Source: Sphagnum compactum
Taxonomy: Eukaryota
Reading direction: 5' to 3'
Assembly: GCA_965153455.1 (NCBI GenBank)
Contig: OZ234494.1
Coordinates: 9,052,001-9,116,000 of the forward strand
DNA: 64,000 nt
Positions 26,222 through 38,592 of this stretch are shown in pieces. The position numbers and the translations under genes are program-made. The stretch's first letter is position 1. The number at the start of each line of letters is the position of its first letter. Under the pieces are notes generated by a model, which was given only the letters and a program-made list of their open reading frames with translations, was not told where the DNA came from and did no database searches.

Positions 26222-28041
26222 CAGTGTTGGGTGGTTATCAAAAATAGGAATAGACCAATGTTGGGCTAGCACCTAGTTTTGTGGGTTAGAATCAGTGTTG
26301 GCCAGTTCTCGGTCTTTAGTGGATCTGGAAGGTCTAATTTCTTTTCCAATATGCAAGACCCTTTGATTCGGAGTCTAGGGCATATTTTCAAAATTTAAAA
26401 CTTGTCAAATTCGGGTGTGGGTCCAAAGTTTTAGACTACTGGTTCCGGGTCCAACGGATATAACTTTTATAAGGTCCTGAACCCGGAACCAGTTTTAGTG
26501 TAGTTAGTTCACCAATAAAATGAAGCATGTTCATCAGTTGCTTCCACATCCAAAAGTGAGAGCTTGTTTTAGGATACATAAATAATCATATTTGAGCTAT
26601 GTTTCAATATAGCCATTTGCAAAGTTGCTGAACCTTAAACTCCAACTATATTTCACTACAGCTACCACATTTCTCAAATGTTACTTGCAAATTTTTTTGC
26701 ACCAACCCAAGGACAAAAACTACCAAAATTGTAAGTACATGAAGCATCTAAGATGAAAAAAAAAGACTTGAAACTAGTAACATTTATTCATCTATGCAAC
26801 TGGAGCTCAAATAAAGCAAATCAATAATTTTCTTCTTCAAAAGAAACCCACAATCAAAGATGAGATTTTCATTGTCTTCTAGCAACACATCTCCACTTCA
26901 ATGAAGTCACTCAAAGATGAAACTTTTCCCCTTGGACCAATCAAACTATCTACCCAATCAAAATCAGGGACTAGTCGTTAAATATGATTTGACTATGTTT
27001 ATCAGACTCGTTCCAGGCCTCGTCCTGGGCTCCGAAAGCTGTGGTCATTTTCACGGTCCTAGCAATCTTCCAGTGGTTCACTGGATTCACCCTAATTCCT
27101 ATCTAAACTAGGACCCTGGCCCCTATGACCTGGACCCGGCCAAACATTCTTAAGACCCTATGGGTCCGAGTCTTAGACATGTCTGGTTCCATCTAGACTC
27201 GAAGGGTCTGGTTCCATTGCAGGTCTAGCTCAATTTAAACCCACAGGGTCCAGTTTTATGGCAAGTCTTGCTCCATCTAGACCCATCGGGTCCGGTTCTT
27301 AGGCCCGGACCCAGACCCAAACCCAACCAAACCCGGCCAACATTGGTTGGAACCATCAGTTCCATTTCCAACTAGGAACAACTGAGCCAGGTCCAGTTTT
27401 CAAATTTGGAATTGGAACGATTTTATTCCTTTTTAAGAATTGAAACTGGATTTGATTTTTTTAATAATTGGACCCAAAACAGGAATCAAATTTAAAACAA
27501 TATTTTGCCCTAAAATTGAGTTTCTGATTCTATTACATTGGATCTGGTCTAAGTTAGTGAGAACCACACTAGAACTGGGTCTCATTTTCAGAACTGGAAA
27601 TGCAACCAGAACTGAAGATTTTTTTTCTTTGAAAAATCAGATTCTCAATTTCATTTGTGTGTGGAACTAGAAGCAAAATGGGAACCAAAGGTTTTTCATA
27701 AAAATAAAGAACCACCCAACAGGGGAGTAGACCCGTCCTGGCTATCAAGGTGGTTCCAAGATTCATATCCATGATTCTGAAAGGAAATAAAAAAACTGGT
27801 TCTGATATATAATCACAATCCTCAATATTTTAAATAACATTATAAACCCCACTGGTTCTTTACCGGTTAATTAATTCATGAAAATCATCCATTCTTTGAG
27901 GTTTCAAAATAATAGAAACCAATTGTTCTTTGATTCTGATTTAATTTAAAGCTGGAATTGAGATTCTCTGTTGGTAAAAGATATTTAAAATTTAAAACTG
28001 GCAGTTCTTTATTAATTCAATAAAATAACCACACCACCCTG
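26222..28041. mobile_element. Non-autonomous hAT-like element (outer)
   Basis: TIRs CAGTGTTGGGTGGTTAT / ATAACCACACCACCCTG (14/17 match); flanks GTTTGAAC / GTTTGACA, a degenerate 8-bp TSD; body rich in GAACC/GGTTC motifs. Confidence 0.55.
26293..27345. mobile_element. Non-autonomous hAT-like element nested in 26222-28041
   Basis: TIRs CAGTGTTGGCCAG / CCGGCCAACATTG; 8-bp TSD GTTAGAAT / GTTGGAAC (6/8, both differences are transitions); GGTCC/GGACC subterminal repeats. Confidence 0.6.
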
Positions 28042-28795
28042 GTTTGACATTTGAACCTGCTATGAAAAGGAAAGAGCCGTCGTGCAATAAAGTTATACAG
28101 AAAGTCGCCCTCTCTCACAGAGTTCACCCCATATCCCCTCTTTCAGAGTCAGTGTTATCCCCAAAGAAAGGAAATTTTATTAAATCTCAGTATGAAATGC
28201 TGAAACTCAGCATTTAATGCACAAGGTTGGAGAGTAATTATAGTAGTCCTGCAGGTAGGAGCAATGAAAAGGTATGTAGCAGCAGTGGAGGCGCTCAGGA
28301 AAAAGGAAAGAGGGCTGGAGTGAATTAACAGCCACCAATGCACCAGTTGCGGATGAGCCCGTTGAGGCCATTTTCCGGATGAACGAAAATCCCATCCTCC
28401 CTGCCCGCATATATATATATTTTTCACCTCTTCTCTACCCCAAAATTTTCCCTCCTACCTACGACATACCTCCCCCCTCCTACCTACCATCTACCTCCCC
28501 CCTCCTGCCTACCACCTAACTCTCCCCCTCTTACCTACCACCTACCAACCCCTCCCCCTCACTCCATCGCCAGAGCTCCAGAGACGTTGAGCGGGAGCGA
28601 GCTTGGAGCAGGGGAACCTGGAGCGGGAGCGAGAGCTTGGAGCAGGGGAGCCTAGAGCTGGAGCGTGACCCACGCGAGACCCAGGTAAGCATCTTCCTTT
28701 TGTTTGTTTGTTTGTTTGTTTGTGGAGCTGCGCTGCACAAGATACGCAGCGCAGCTCCACAATGCAACTCTTTGTGTTGCAAGAAAAAAGAAAAA

Positions 28796-30113
28796 GAAGA
28801 AAGCGATGGTAGCAACGTTGACATCGCCTTCTTCTTTTTTGTGCAGCGCAAGAAAAAGAGGAAGAAGAAGGCGACGGCAGCTGCCATTGACTTCTTCTTC
28901 TTCGTGTTGCAAAAAAAAAAAGGAAGGAGAAGGCGACGGCAGCTGCCGTCGCCTTCTTCTTCCTGCTGTGGAGCTGCGCTGCGGCGCAACGTAGCTCCAC
29001 GAAAAAGGCGACGGCAGCTGCCGTCGCCTTCTTCTTCTTCGTGTTGCCAAAAAAAAAAAAAAAGAAGAAGGCGACGGCAGCTGCACAAGATACGCAGCGC
29101 AGCTCCACAATGCAGCTCTTTGTGTTGCAAGAAAAAAAAGAAGAAGAAGGCAATGGCAGCGTTGCTGCCGTCACCTTCTTCTTCTTTGTGTTGCAAGAAA
29201 AAAGAAAAAGAAGAAGGCGATGGCAGCGTTGCTGCCATCGCCTTCTTCTTTTTTGTGCAGCGCAAGAAAAAGAGGAAGAAGAAGGCGACGGTAGTTGCCG
29301 TCGCCTTCTTCTTCATCTTCGTGTTGCAAAATAAAAAAGGAAAAAGAAGGCGACGACAGCTGCCGTCGCCTTCTTCTTCCTGCTGTGGAGCTACGCTGCG
29401 CTGCCGTCGCCTTCTTCTTCTTCGTGTTGCAAAAAAAAAGGAAGAAGAAGGCGACGGCAGCTGTCGCGCCTTCTTCTTCTTCGTGTTGTAAAAAAAAAAG
29501 GAAGAAAATGGCGACGGCAGCTGCCGTCGCCTTCTTCTTCTTCTTTGTGTTGCAAGAAAAAAGATGAAGAAGGCGACGGCAGCTGCTTTCGCCTTCTTCT
29601 TCTTCGTGTTGCAAAAAAAAGAAGGAAGAAGAAGGCAACGGCAGCTGCTGTTGCCTTCTTCTTCCTGCTGTGGAGCTGCGCAGCTCCACGAAGAAGGCGA
29701 CGGCAGCTGTCGTCGCCTTCTTCTGTCTGGTGCGAAGCCGCGTTGTAGCGTAGCTCCACGAAGAAGGCGCATTGGTTTTTTTTTGTTGCTGCGCTGCAGC
29801 ATTGCAGCGCAGTGAAGAAGGCGACGGCAGCCACGCTATCGTTGCCTTTTTTTTTTTCTTGCTGCTGTGCTATAGACGAAGGCAACGGCATCTGCCGTCA
29901 CCTTCCTCTTTTGGTTTTGCTGCGCTGCAGCGCAGCAAAAGAAGGCGCCTTCTTCTTGTAGTTTTGCAACGTAGGAGAATTTATATTGAAGAAGAAGATG
30001 ACGACAGCTGCCAGCACCTTCTTCGATGGCTTTGCTATAAGGAAGTGGTGTCCTCCGCCTTTCTTTTATGGTTTTGCTGCGAAGAAGGTGACGGCAGCAA
30101 TGTCGTCACCTTC
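28796..30113. repeat. Array of ~20 palindromic units, consensus GAAGAAGGCGACGGCAG|CTGCCGTCGCCTTCTTC, with GTGTTGCAAAA-type spacers
   Basis: A 34-bp self-complementary core recurs about every 60-70 bp (e.g. 28861, 28928, 29003, 29210, 29275, 29441, 29501, 29565, 29628, 29690). It lies between a CAG|GTAAGC donor (28685) and a TTTAG acceptor (30201). Confidence 0.9.
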
Positions 30114-30215
30114 CTCTATGGTGGCAATTGTGTTTTTTTTCCTTTATTGTTGCGTATGCTTTAGTTCATTAGAATTAACAAACTGGTGGTTTTTGGTTTA
30201 GGGTTGGAGGTTGTA

Positions 30216-31934
30216 ATGGGTAGGGGAAGAAGATTAAGGAAGAGTGGTGGTGGTGAGTTGGAAGGCAAGAGGCAAGATTATGCTACAGCAGATGAGGCAA
30301 GTCTTTTGCCAAATGTTGCTGTTTCAGATGAGCCGATTCTTCTTTCATATGTTGCTGGAGGAGATGAGGCAAGTGCTGAGCCATTTGTTGCTGCATTAGA
30401 TGTGGCAATTCTTCAGCACAATGTTGCTGCATCAAATGTGGAAGTTATCGAGCAAAATGTTGCTGCATCAAATGTGGAAGTTATGCAGCAAAATGTTGCT
30501 GCATCAAATGCGGGAGGTGCCGAGCAAAATGTTGCTGCATCAAATGCAACAACTGCCCAGCAAAATGTTGCTGCATCAAATGCAGCAACTGCCCAACAAA
30601 ATGCCGCTACATTAAATGAAGCAATTGATGACCGAAGTGTTGCTGCATCAGATGTAACAATTGCTGATGGAAGTGTTGTTGCATCAGATCAGGAAATTGG
30701 TGAGAAAAATTGTGCTCTATCAAAATTGAAACACAAGGATAGCATTGGTATAGATTGTTTTAGAATTTGTGGACATTAGAAGATAGGACATTAGATTAAT
30801 TACAGATTAATAACATTGTACAAGTTTTCTTGAAGTTTAATTATCTCCGCACCTTCCATCATTTGTTGGAAGGTGCGGGAATTTTTTTGTCAAAATTTTT
30901 TTACTGCAATACCTTAAAACAGTTCATGTTTATAGGAGTAGTATGTGATTTTGTGATTTGATGTTTTGCAATACCTGCATTCTGTTTTTTGAACTTTCAG
31001 TTTTTGGGTTTAGGTTTGGAACTGGAAACTGAGCAAGCTTCTCAACCACTTGCACTTGTTTGTCCAGCTAATTTGGCTCAAAAGGATAAGGAATGGACAA
31101 AGGTTGGGTCTAAATGGAAGTGCAGAGTCGGTAATTGCACTGTGGCATATTGTGCAAAATTGCTATTGACCAAGCATCTGAAGGAGGCGCATGGTTTGGT
31201 GGCAGAAAAGTCCAAACCTGGGAGGCTTTCAACTGCTACAGGAGGTCCTCGACATCAGGACCATGCCAAGATGAACGCTCGCATTTTGGGAAATGCGATG
31301 GCTGTTCAAAGGAGGAATGACCAGAAAGTTGCTAGTCGTGCTCGTGCCAAAGTAGAGCGCGAGTGGAATCACCTGGTGGCTATTGCAAAACAGTGTCCAC
31401 CACTGCCAAAACCTGCTTTGGTTAGATTAGCCCAAGAATAATTGTTGAAGGTTTTAGGCCTCAATGCTTGGGGCGTGGGCAGTGTGGCGCCAGATGCAAT
31501 TGTACGAATGGAGAAGGATGAAGACTTATAGGGGACGATCCGATCCACCCGTTGTGCATATGCACGAGAATTAAAGATGGCATGGGATGTGAAGAACTGA
31601 GAGTGAGAGTCCAGTAAAACATCTCGAAAAAAACAGCTGGGAGATGTTTTGGATTTTCATGAATCTAGAATGATTCATGGAAGGTAAGAAACAATAATAA
31701 GTAATGTTTATTGTTTTTTATTGTATTTCATCCAAGGTGTGTTTAGGGTTAATTTTGTGATTTTTGGGTGTTTACAGGGTGCAGGACCAGACAAAGGCCC
31801 AGTTTGTTACAAATGCAATTCAAGTAGAGATGCAACGCCGGCATTTGTACACTGCTCGTCATGCAGCAAAGGCTGCAAATGCAGTAGCTGCATACCGCGC
31901 TAAACACAGGATTGTAGATAGTGATATGTGTTAG
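30216..31934 (+). pseudogene. MULE accessory gene: ~436-aa protein with 12-aa repeats and one C2H2 zinc finger; 4 in-frame stops
   Basis: Predicted exons 30216-30699, 31014-31683 and 31778-31934 with GT-AG introns and consistent phases (1311 nt). C2H2 motif CRVGNCTVAYCAKLLLTKHLKEAH. Stops TAA 31439, TAG 31529, TGA 31598 and TGA 31604; no frameshift needed. Confidence 0.7.
30414..30699 (+). repeat. 36-bp coding tandem repeat (~8 units, xQNVAASNxxxx)
   Basis: AATGTTGCTGCATCAAATG recurs with a 36-nt period (30421, 30457, ...). Confidence 0.85.
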
Positions 31935-32339
31935 GGTTTCACTTTATATAATTAATTAGGTTTTGTAACCCTTTCATTTTTTGGACTACCCAATTTTGAA
32001 CTTCAATCCTTTGATATGTTATAGAGAACCAACACTTTTTTTTCAATAGGTTCTTTAGTAATTTTTCATGCACCCATTTTTGTACATCTTTTATCAATAT
32101 AATAGTACCTTCTATTCACACTTGTTGATGGGTATATGGTTAATCATATATGTCTTCTTTGTCATAATTTTTTTAGTACTAGAGATGTAAGAATCAAACC
32201 AAAGATCAAAATGAACATTATGCAATACTTATATCTAATATAATACGACTCACATCACCTGAAGACTTTTTAAACAATCCACACATTTTAAACATATAAT
32301 ACCTACATCATTCTCTATTATGAACTCCATTTTCAAAAA

Positions 32340-32625
32340 TGCAATACCCACATATAGGTCCAAAATAGCCATATGCATTTTGCATTCGTTGCAATACCCG
32401 CATATAGGTCCCATAATAGCCACTGGGTTTATAAACATTCCTTGCAATACCCGCATATAGGTCCCAAAAATTGCTGATAGTCTTCATTCCTTGCAATACC
32501 CGCATATAGGTCCCATAATAGCCACTGGGTTTTTTAAACATTCCTTGCAATACCCGCATATAGTTCCCATATAACCCCTGGGTTTTTTTCCATCTCTTGC
32601 AATACTCGCATGTAGGTCCCATAAT
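32340..32625. repeat. ~50-54-bp tandem repeat (6 units) with core GCAATACCCGCATATAGGTCCC
   Basis: GCAATAC starts at about 32341, 32391, 32444, 32493, 32547 and 32599. Confidence 0.85.
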
Positions 32626-34465
32626 AGGTGCTGGTTTTTACATTCACTATGAAACTTACATTTTGTAATAAAATTAATTTAGAATAATAATTAATTTTGG
32701 GTATATAAAAAGACATAATTTTGGTACCCAGGCCACTTTTGAAATGACATTACATGCGAGTATTGCATTGAGGGTTTAGGGTCTTCACATATGGTTTCCT
32801 TCAATCACCTATGTATTATTTCAATATGATCTTGCATGTAGGTATTTTATCTAGGCCTTGATCTTCATTCAAAGGCGCACCCAAACTACATATTGGGTAT
32901 TTCAAAGCGACCTTACATGTGGGTATTACATTTAAGGTTGCCCTTTCATTGTAGGTTTTACCTTATTCACCTATGGGTTATTTTCAAATAAACATGAATA
33001 TGGCTATTGCATTTAGGGTTAAGGTTTCATATAATTTTGCAATATCCACACACATACTTACTTTCACCATTTGTAAATTTAGCCATAATGTTTAATAATT
33101 AAATAAAATTTGTGACAAAACACAAAAGAAGGTATGTCTTTTACCATTTGTTAATATCCAAGCTGATCTCTTTCAATTTCTTTAAAAATATGTATTGCAT
33201 TTTTTTACATATAAAATTCCCCCTATAATGCACCGTAGATTTATTTTATTTACTATTAATTTGTAAAAAAATTGTTAATTAATTTAGGGTTTCCCAAACT
33301 CTAAATTTGAATCATACTCCAATAGTATATACTTATAACAATTATATGGAAAAATGTGCTTTCTTTTTGATAAATTCTTTTAGTTCAAATTTAAAATGTT
33401 ATAACACAATAAGGATTAGACATTAAACTATCATAAATGCTTATTAGGCTTACGTCGCCTAGGCTAGTATATTACCTATATGACTAGTAGGTTTACTTAA
33501 TGCATTCAATCACCTTCAATACCTACATAGACCATCTAAGATATTAATTTAGAAAGCTTACATTAATGAATAAATTACATAATAGGCCTATATTAAGTAG
33601 GTAGCCTATCAGGTAGTTAATTAGGTTACTTAACAAATAGCTATATTTGTAGGGATTAGGGTTTTAGGGTTTACCCAACCCTAACCTATGAAAACCCAAC
33701 CCTAAACCTTAAAATATTATATGTATTGATTTGAATCAACAGTATAATTCCATAATATCATTATTTATATATTAGGTGTTATAAATAACAATATATTTGG
33801 ACCAATATTTAAACCAATATTATACATCATAAAAAATAAAGTTTACATAAGGACTTGTGTTATATATCTATAAAATATAAAATATTTTTGACCCACTATA
33901 TGAATATTTTAACCAAGAAATTATTTACTATATATCAGAAAAGTATAAATTAAAATTTCAATTAAACATAGGATTAATATATGGGAGAGATCATTTTTAT
34001 TATTATGTGAAACAGAAAAGAAGAAAGTAGAAAATTACGTGCTTTGAATTTTTTTTAAACATAATTTAAAATCTTGTTAAATTAAAGACTTTATATTTAT
34101 GTTTTTAGTATGAATATACAACTTTAAAAGGGGAAAAAAAATATGAACATCGTTGAAAAATATTTAAGCTTGAACTTTTTATTTTTTGATCTTGACAAAC
34201 TTTGTATTGCATTTAGGGTTGGGTTTTCACATAAGGTTTGTTTTTTACCTTTGTGTGATAACTCCAACCTAATTTTCCCAATCTCTTTTAGGAAGATATA
34301 GAATGAAATTGTATTGTTTCACATATGTCTAAACCCTAAAACATTTCGGCCAATTTAATATAAAATATTTATGATAATTAATGAATTATCAATAAAATTT
34401 GTCATATAATTAAATAATTAATAGACCATTATTTTAGATAATTTAAATGATTAATTATGAAGAAT

Positions 34466-35580
34466 TAGATAATCATTTATTTATTTAATATAATTAACTA
34501 ATCATTTGGCTTAAATTTATTTACTTGAAAATAAAAAGTTGGATTTAATCAGATTAATTAATTTGATATTTGATTAACTAACTTTAGTATACATTTTTTT
34601 TAATAAGTTATTGGAATCACTATTTAAGATAATTATTCCATGTTATAGATTGCAAGTTCAACTTTTTCATGAAAATTTCTTACACTAAAATAAGCTTGAT
34701 CACAATTGTCATTGTACTATTTGTTCCACAAACAATAGAACCTCTTTTAAAATTCATGAAAAAAAATAAGAATCATGGATTCCTAATCAACAACCCCAAC
34801 CTCCATACACACCTTTGTTAGCATATGATTTTGAAATTAACTAATTATTTTAGAATGACCCAAAATGCAGGTATTGCATTTAGGGTAGGATCTTCATTTA
34901 AAGAAGGCTTAAACCCCACATGCATATTTTTTGTGTGACCCAAAGTGCAGGTATTGCATTTAGGGTAGGATCTTCATATAAAGATGCTTAAACCCACATG
35001 GGTACTTTCGAAATGGCCTAAAATGCAGGTATTGCATTTAGGGTAAGGTTTTTTCAAAGTGACTTTGCGTCTGCATATTGTGTTTAGGGCTAGGTCTTCA
35101 CTTAAGGGTATCCAAACCTTTTAGATGGGTTTTTTTTTTAAACGTGTGGGTATTGCATTTAGGCTTGTTTTTCATTTAAACTTGCAATACCTGAACTTAT
35201 ACTTACCTCTACTAACTGGAATGTTGGGGTTTCATTGCAATACCTACATCCGTACTTACCTTTACAAACTGGAATTTTGGGGCATGATTGCAATACTTGC
35301 AATTGTACTTACTTTTACCAACTGGGATTTTGGGGCCTAGTTACAATACCTGCATCTAACACTAATATTATCATTATCCTTGTGTTTTTGCATTTCACAC
35401 TTTTTGTGCTTATTACTTGGAAACAATAATAACCTTTGTGCCATATTAGACTTCATGTGTGTGTTGAATACATGATGTTCAAATAATTTGGGGTATGATT
35501 TCCTCCATACAAAATTGATTCTAAAAGAAAATTTTTAGTGCTAATGGCAACAATCTTGATTAGTAATTGAAACATTTATT
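34466..35580 (+). repeat. ~1.1-kb segment repeated directly at 40901-42169 (partial third copy ~40390-40860)
   Basis: Both copies start TAGATAATCATTTATTTATTT, contain the 79-bp array and the TTTTACCAACTGG block, and end GTAATTGA(A/G)ACATTTATT. Confidence 0.85.
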
Positions 35581-38273
35581 CATGACATCGTTTAGTACGT
35601 ACATTTGTGTGATTGAGCATTGTTTCATGCCAATCTTTGAGCCGTTTGACACTATTTCCCAATCCATCTTCTACACGACGTAACACCAATCCTGGGTGTG
35701 AAATTGCATTTGCCTTTGTGAGGCGTATGTTACGAATATTACATGCCAATACTCTCATGTGTGAGGTGGCATGTTCACAAAGTGTCACATCGCCTTCTTT
35801 ACATTCATTTGTGATCTCTTGCATTGTAGTGACCAATTGTGCAAGAGCCCTTTCCATTGGGGTTGATGAATTTATTGTCTCATTAGACCCTACAATGGCA
35901 CCCATAGGGAGATCATTTTGCTCCATGTTCATGAGCCCATCAAATTTCATGATCCCATCATCACCTTCAAGATGATCATCTTCGTCATCATCACTGGACT
36001 CCATATCATCTGGAATATGTTGCGGGTCTGCAAACATGTGACCCAACCCTCCACGATGTGATCCATACCATGTTCCACAGTAATGAATGATATCCTCTTG
36101 AGAAATGTCTGTGCATGTGAGAATGACCTTAATTTGGTGTTTACACATGTTCCCTCGCAATGCCCATTCGCATGTGCAACAAAACATTTCGGTGAATGGG
36201 AATTTCACCGTGTAAATAACATTGGGAAGGCGTTGGCTCCGTACGGCCCAAGCTCCATCACTCTCAAGGGTTGGTTGGTACACATGGCTGAGTGGAATAA
36301 GGGTTGCCTTTTCCACACTTCGTGTAATAATGGCCTCCATAACCTTGTTTTTTATGAAACCCCTCTTTTTCATTTCCAATGTGTGCATGTAGTGGTGTGC
36401 AATGGTTGTTGTTAATCGCCACACCAACCAGTCAATCCTACGCCCTCTAAGGCCTTTTGTGTCAAGAGCAAGCCAACGTTTCAATGCACCATGATATGAT
36501 TCAATGCTCGCTTGGGTGTCTTGGTTGGAATGGGGCACTTTTCGAACACCCACCATCCATAATTCTACAAACATAAACACAATACATAAGGATGAATAAC
36601 ATTATACAAAATAATTTTGAATGCTGAACCATGATAAATATTATCACTTACCAAATTGATGGTAATAAGTCCAGAAATAGTTTGTCCACGCATCACCAGG
36701 CCTATGTTTATGAAGGCTTTCTCTCACAGCAACCCTCCCACGCTCTTTGAAGTCATCAATTGTTTCTCCATGATTGATGGACATGTACATCACATCATGA
36801 AGGTCTTGGAGGATTCCACCCCGCACTTCCACATCTTTGATTTTTTCAATACCACGTAGGCGCCATGCTTTGAGAACATGCCAACAACAAAGGTAGATGG
36901 GAACCTTGTCCATACCCCATACGACCCTAATAAGGACACATATGCAATAAAATCTCCATGAGTGGATGGGGTTAGTACAACATAAAATGCATTTGAAGTA
37001 ATCAAGAATTTTATGAAAGATATTAAAAAACATTTAAGGAAATAAACACACAAAGTCGATACTAGGTATAGAACTAACCGTAATGCCTTCAATTCTTGAG
37101 GTGCATCATCAACGAGAAAACATGATGGTTTCCAATGCGGCATGTGTGATAACATCTTCTCTTTTAATGGTTTCAACCATTCGATCAAATCTTGCACTGT
37201 TTGCCTACTTGTAATGATCCAGGCTAAAGGGACACCCGTGCGATGATCATCAAATCCCATCAAGGTGAATAGATGGAATTTCATGTCATTTGTGCCAAAT
37301 GTTGCATCCATAGAAATGGCACCATTGTGACCATATGATAGCATGGACTCACATTGAGTTGGTGTTTGAATACCTATGGTGAATGGGACTTGAGTTCCGT
37401 TCATTTCACCAACATCTTGGAAAAAGAACACATCTTCTGGATGTTGGAGAGCCCAAGACCGAATTGAAATTGCAGGGTTAGTGTGTAAACGCTAACTCCC
37501 TTTCTTATGTTTCCGATCCAAACATGCAATGTCTTGAAGCCGAATGAAATCATCTCGTGTCATGCTTTGACCCGCATTCACACGTTCCCACCAAATTGCT
37601 TTATGCTTGTCATATATTTGTTTGGTCGTATAACCTAAGCTTAGTTGGGCCCATATGTGATCTTTCAATGCTTGTGACATGCGTGGAGCATAACGAGACA
37701 TACGAGAAATGGACTCTGGGTCATGCTCACCATGTGCGAATGACCCATCAATTCGTGTATGGGCCTTATGATAAATTGTGATCTCAGCCACATCAGGTCG
37801 TGTGTATAGACGTTTGATTGAGAATGACGCTAGGCATCCTTGTTTAATAGATCGAATGTGGGTTGAATTTTCTCGATAGTCCTCTGGTCCATATGCGCAT
37901 TGATACCTAAACCAAAAAACTTTCAAAACGTAAATTATTACATCTTTGGTATATGAAATAAAGAAATTAAAAAGGTTAATGCCATAAATGTTTACCATGT
38001 ATGCCCGAGGTGGTTTTTGATAGTTGGTCGCTTGACATCCGTTTGGCTTGGAAAGTTTTTGTAAACACTCCATTCCACAGGGGTGCTCGTATCCCCTCGT
38101 TCACCTTCCAAGAATTCGGAGATGCGAGCATATGGAACATAAACAAATTGAATGGTCACTTTATTTTGCCCTCCATGGCGTATCCCAGATGTCCACACCA
38201 AGTCTTTGTTTGAGAAAGGGGACTTGATGGGGTTTTGGACATGAATGGAATGGGACTTTGGAACCCTTGGCAT
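35576..38273 (-). pseudogene. MULE transposase with SWIM zinc finger (AT4G13970/AT1G60560-like), ~789 aa, 4 exons, single nonsense mutation
   Basis: Exons 38273-37996, 37906-37079, 36926-36652 and 36564-35576 (GT-AG, 2370 nt, in frame). N-terminal YQCAYGPED..KQGC..YHKAH; catalytic ISMDATFGTN, FLVDD, CCWH and IESYHGALK; SWIM CTCEWALRGNMCKH. TAG at 37492-37494 (probably from TGG). Confidence 0.9.
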
Positions 38274-38592
38274 GATTGAAAGAAGTAGGACAAATTCCTG
38301 CATCAAGAAAATTTATAATTCTCTAAGCATTCATCATTGAACAAAAACCCAAAATGCAATACATACATGGCTCCTTTAAAATCAATGTTGTTACTTGGAA
38401 TTCCCATTACAACACCCATATCATGATATAAAAAACCTACTATTCCAATGTACATAACGTACAATACTTGCATTATGAACCCATATACTAAAACAAACTT
38501 TGGCAATACCCACATTGAGCTATTAAACCTCCCATCATTGAAAATTTTCTCATATGCAATACCCGTATTGTACCTTAAACCCATAATGTTTG

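Noticed and set aside
28796-30113. CRISPR-like array (palindromic repeats with spacers)
   Set aside because: The spacers are themselves repetitive (GTGTTGCAAAA, GGAGCTGCG), there are no cas genes, and the context is a eukaryotic TE.
28531-30164. Many long overlapping ORFs on both strands (e.g. 423 aa at 28531-29802)
   Set aside because: These arise from the stop-poor palindromic repeat; they give low-complexity KKKATAAAVAFFF/RRRRQLPSPSS translations in all frames.
33650-33710. Interstitial telomere
   Set aside because: Only isolated TTTAGGG/AACCCTA heptamers in both orientations; no tandem telomeric run.
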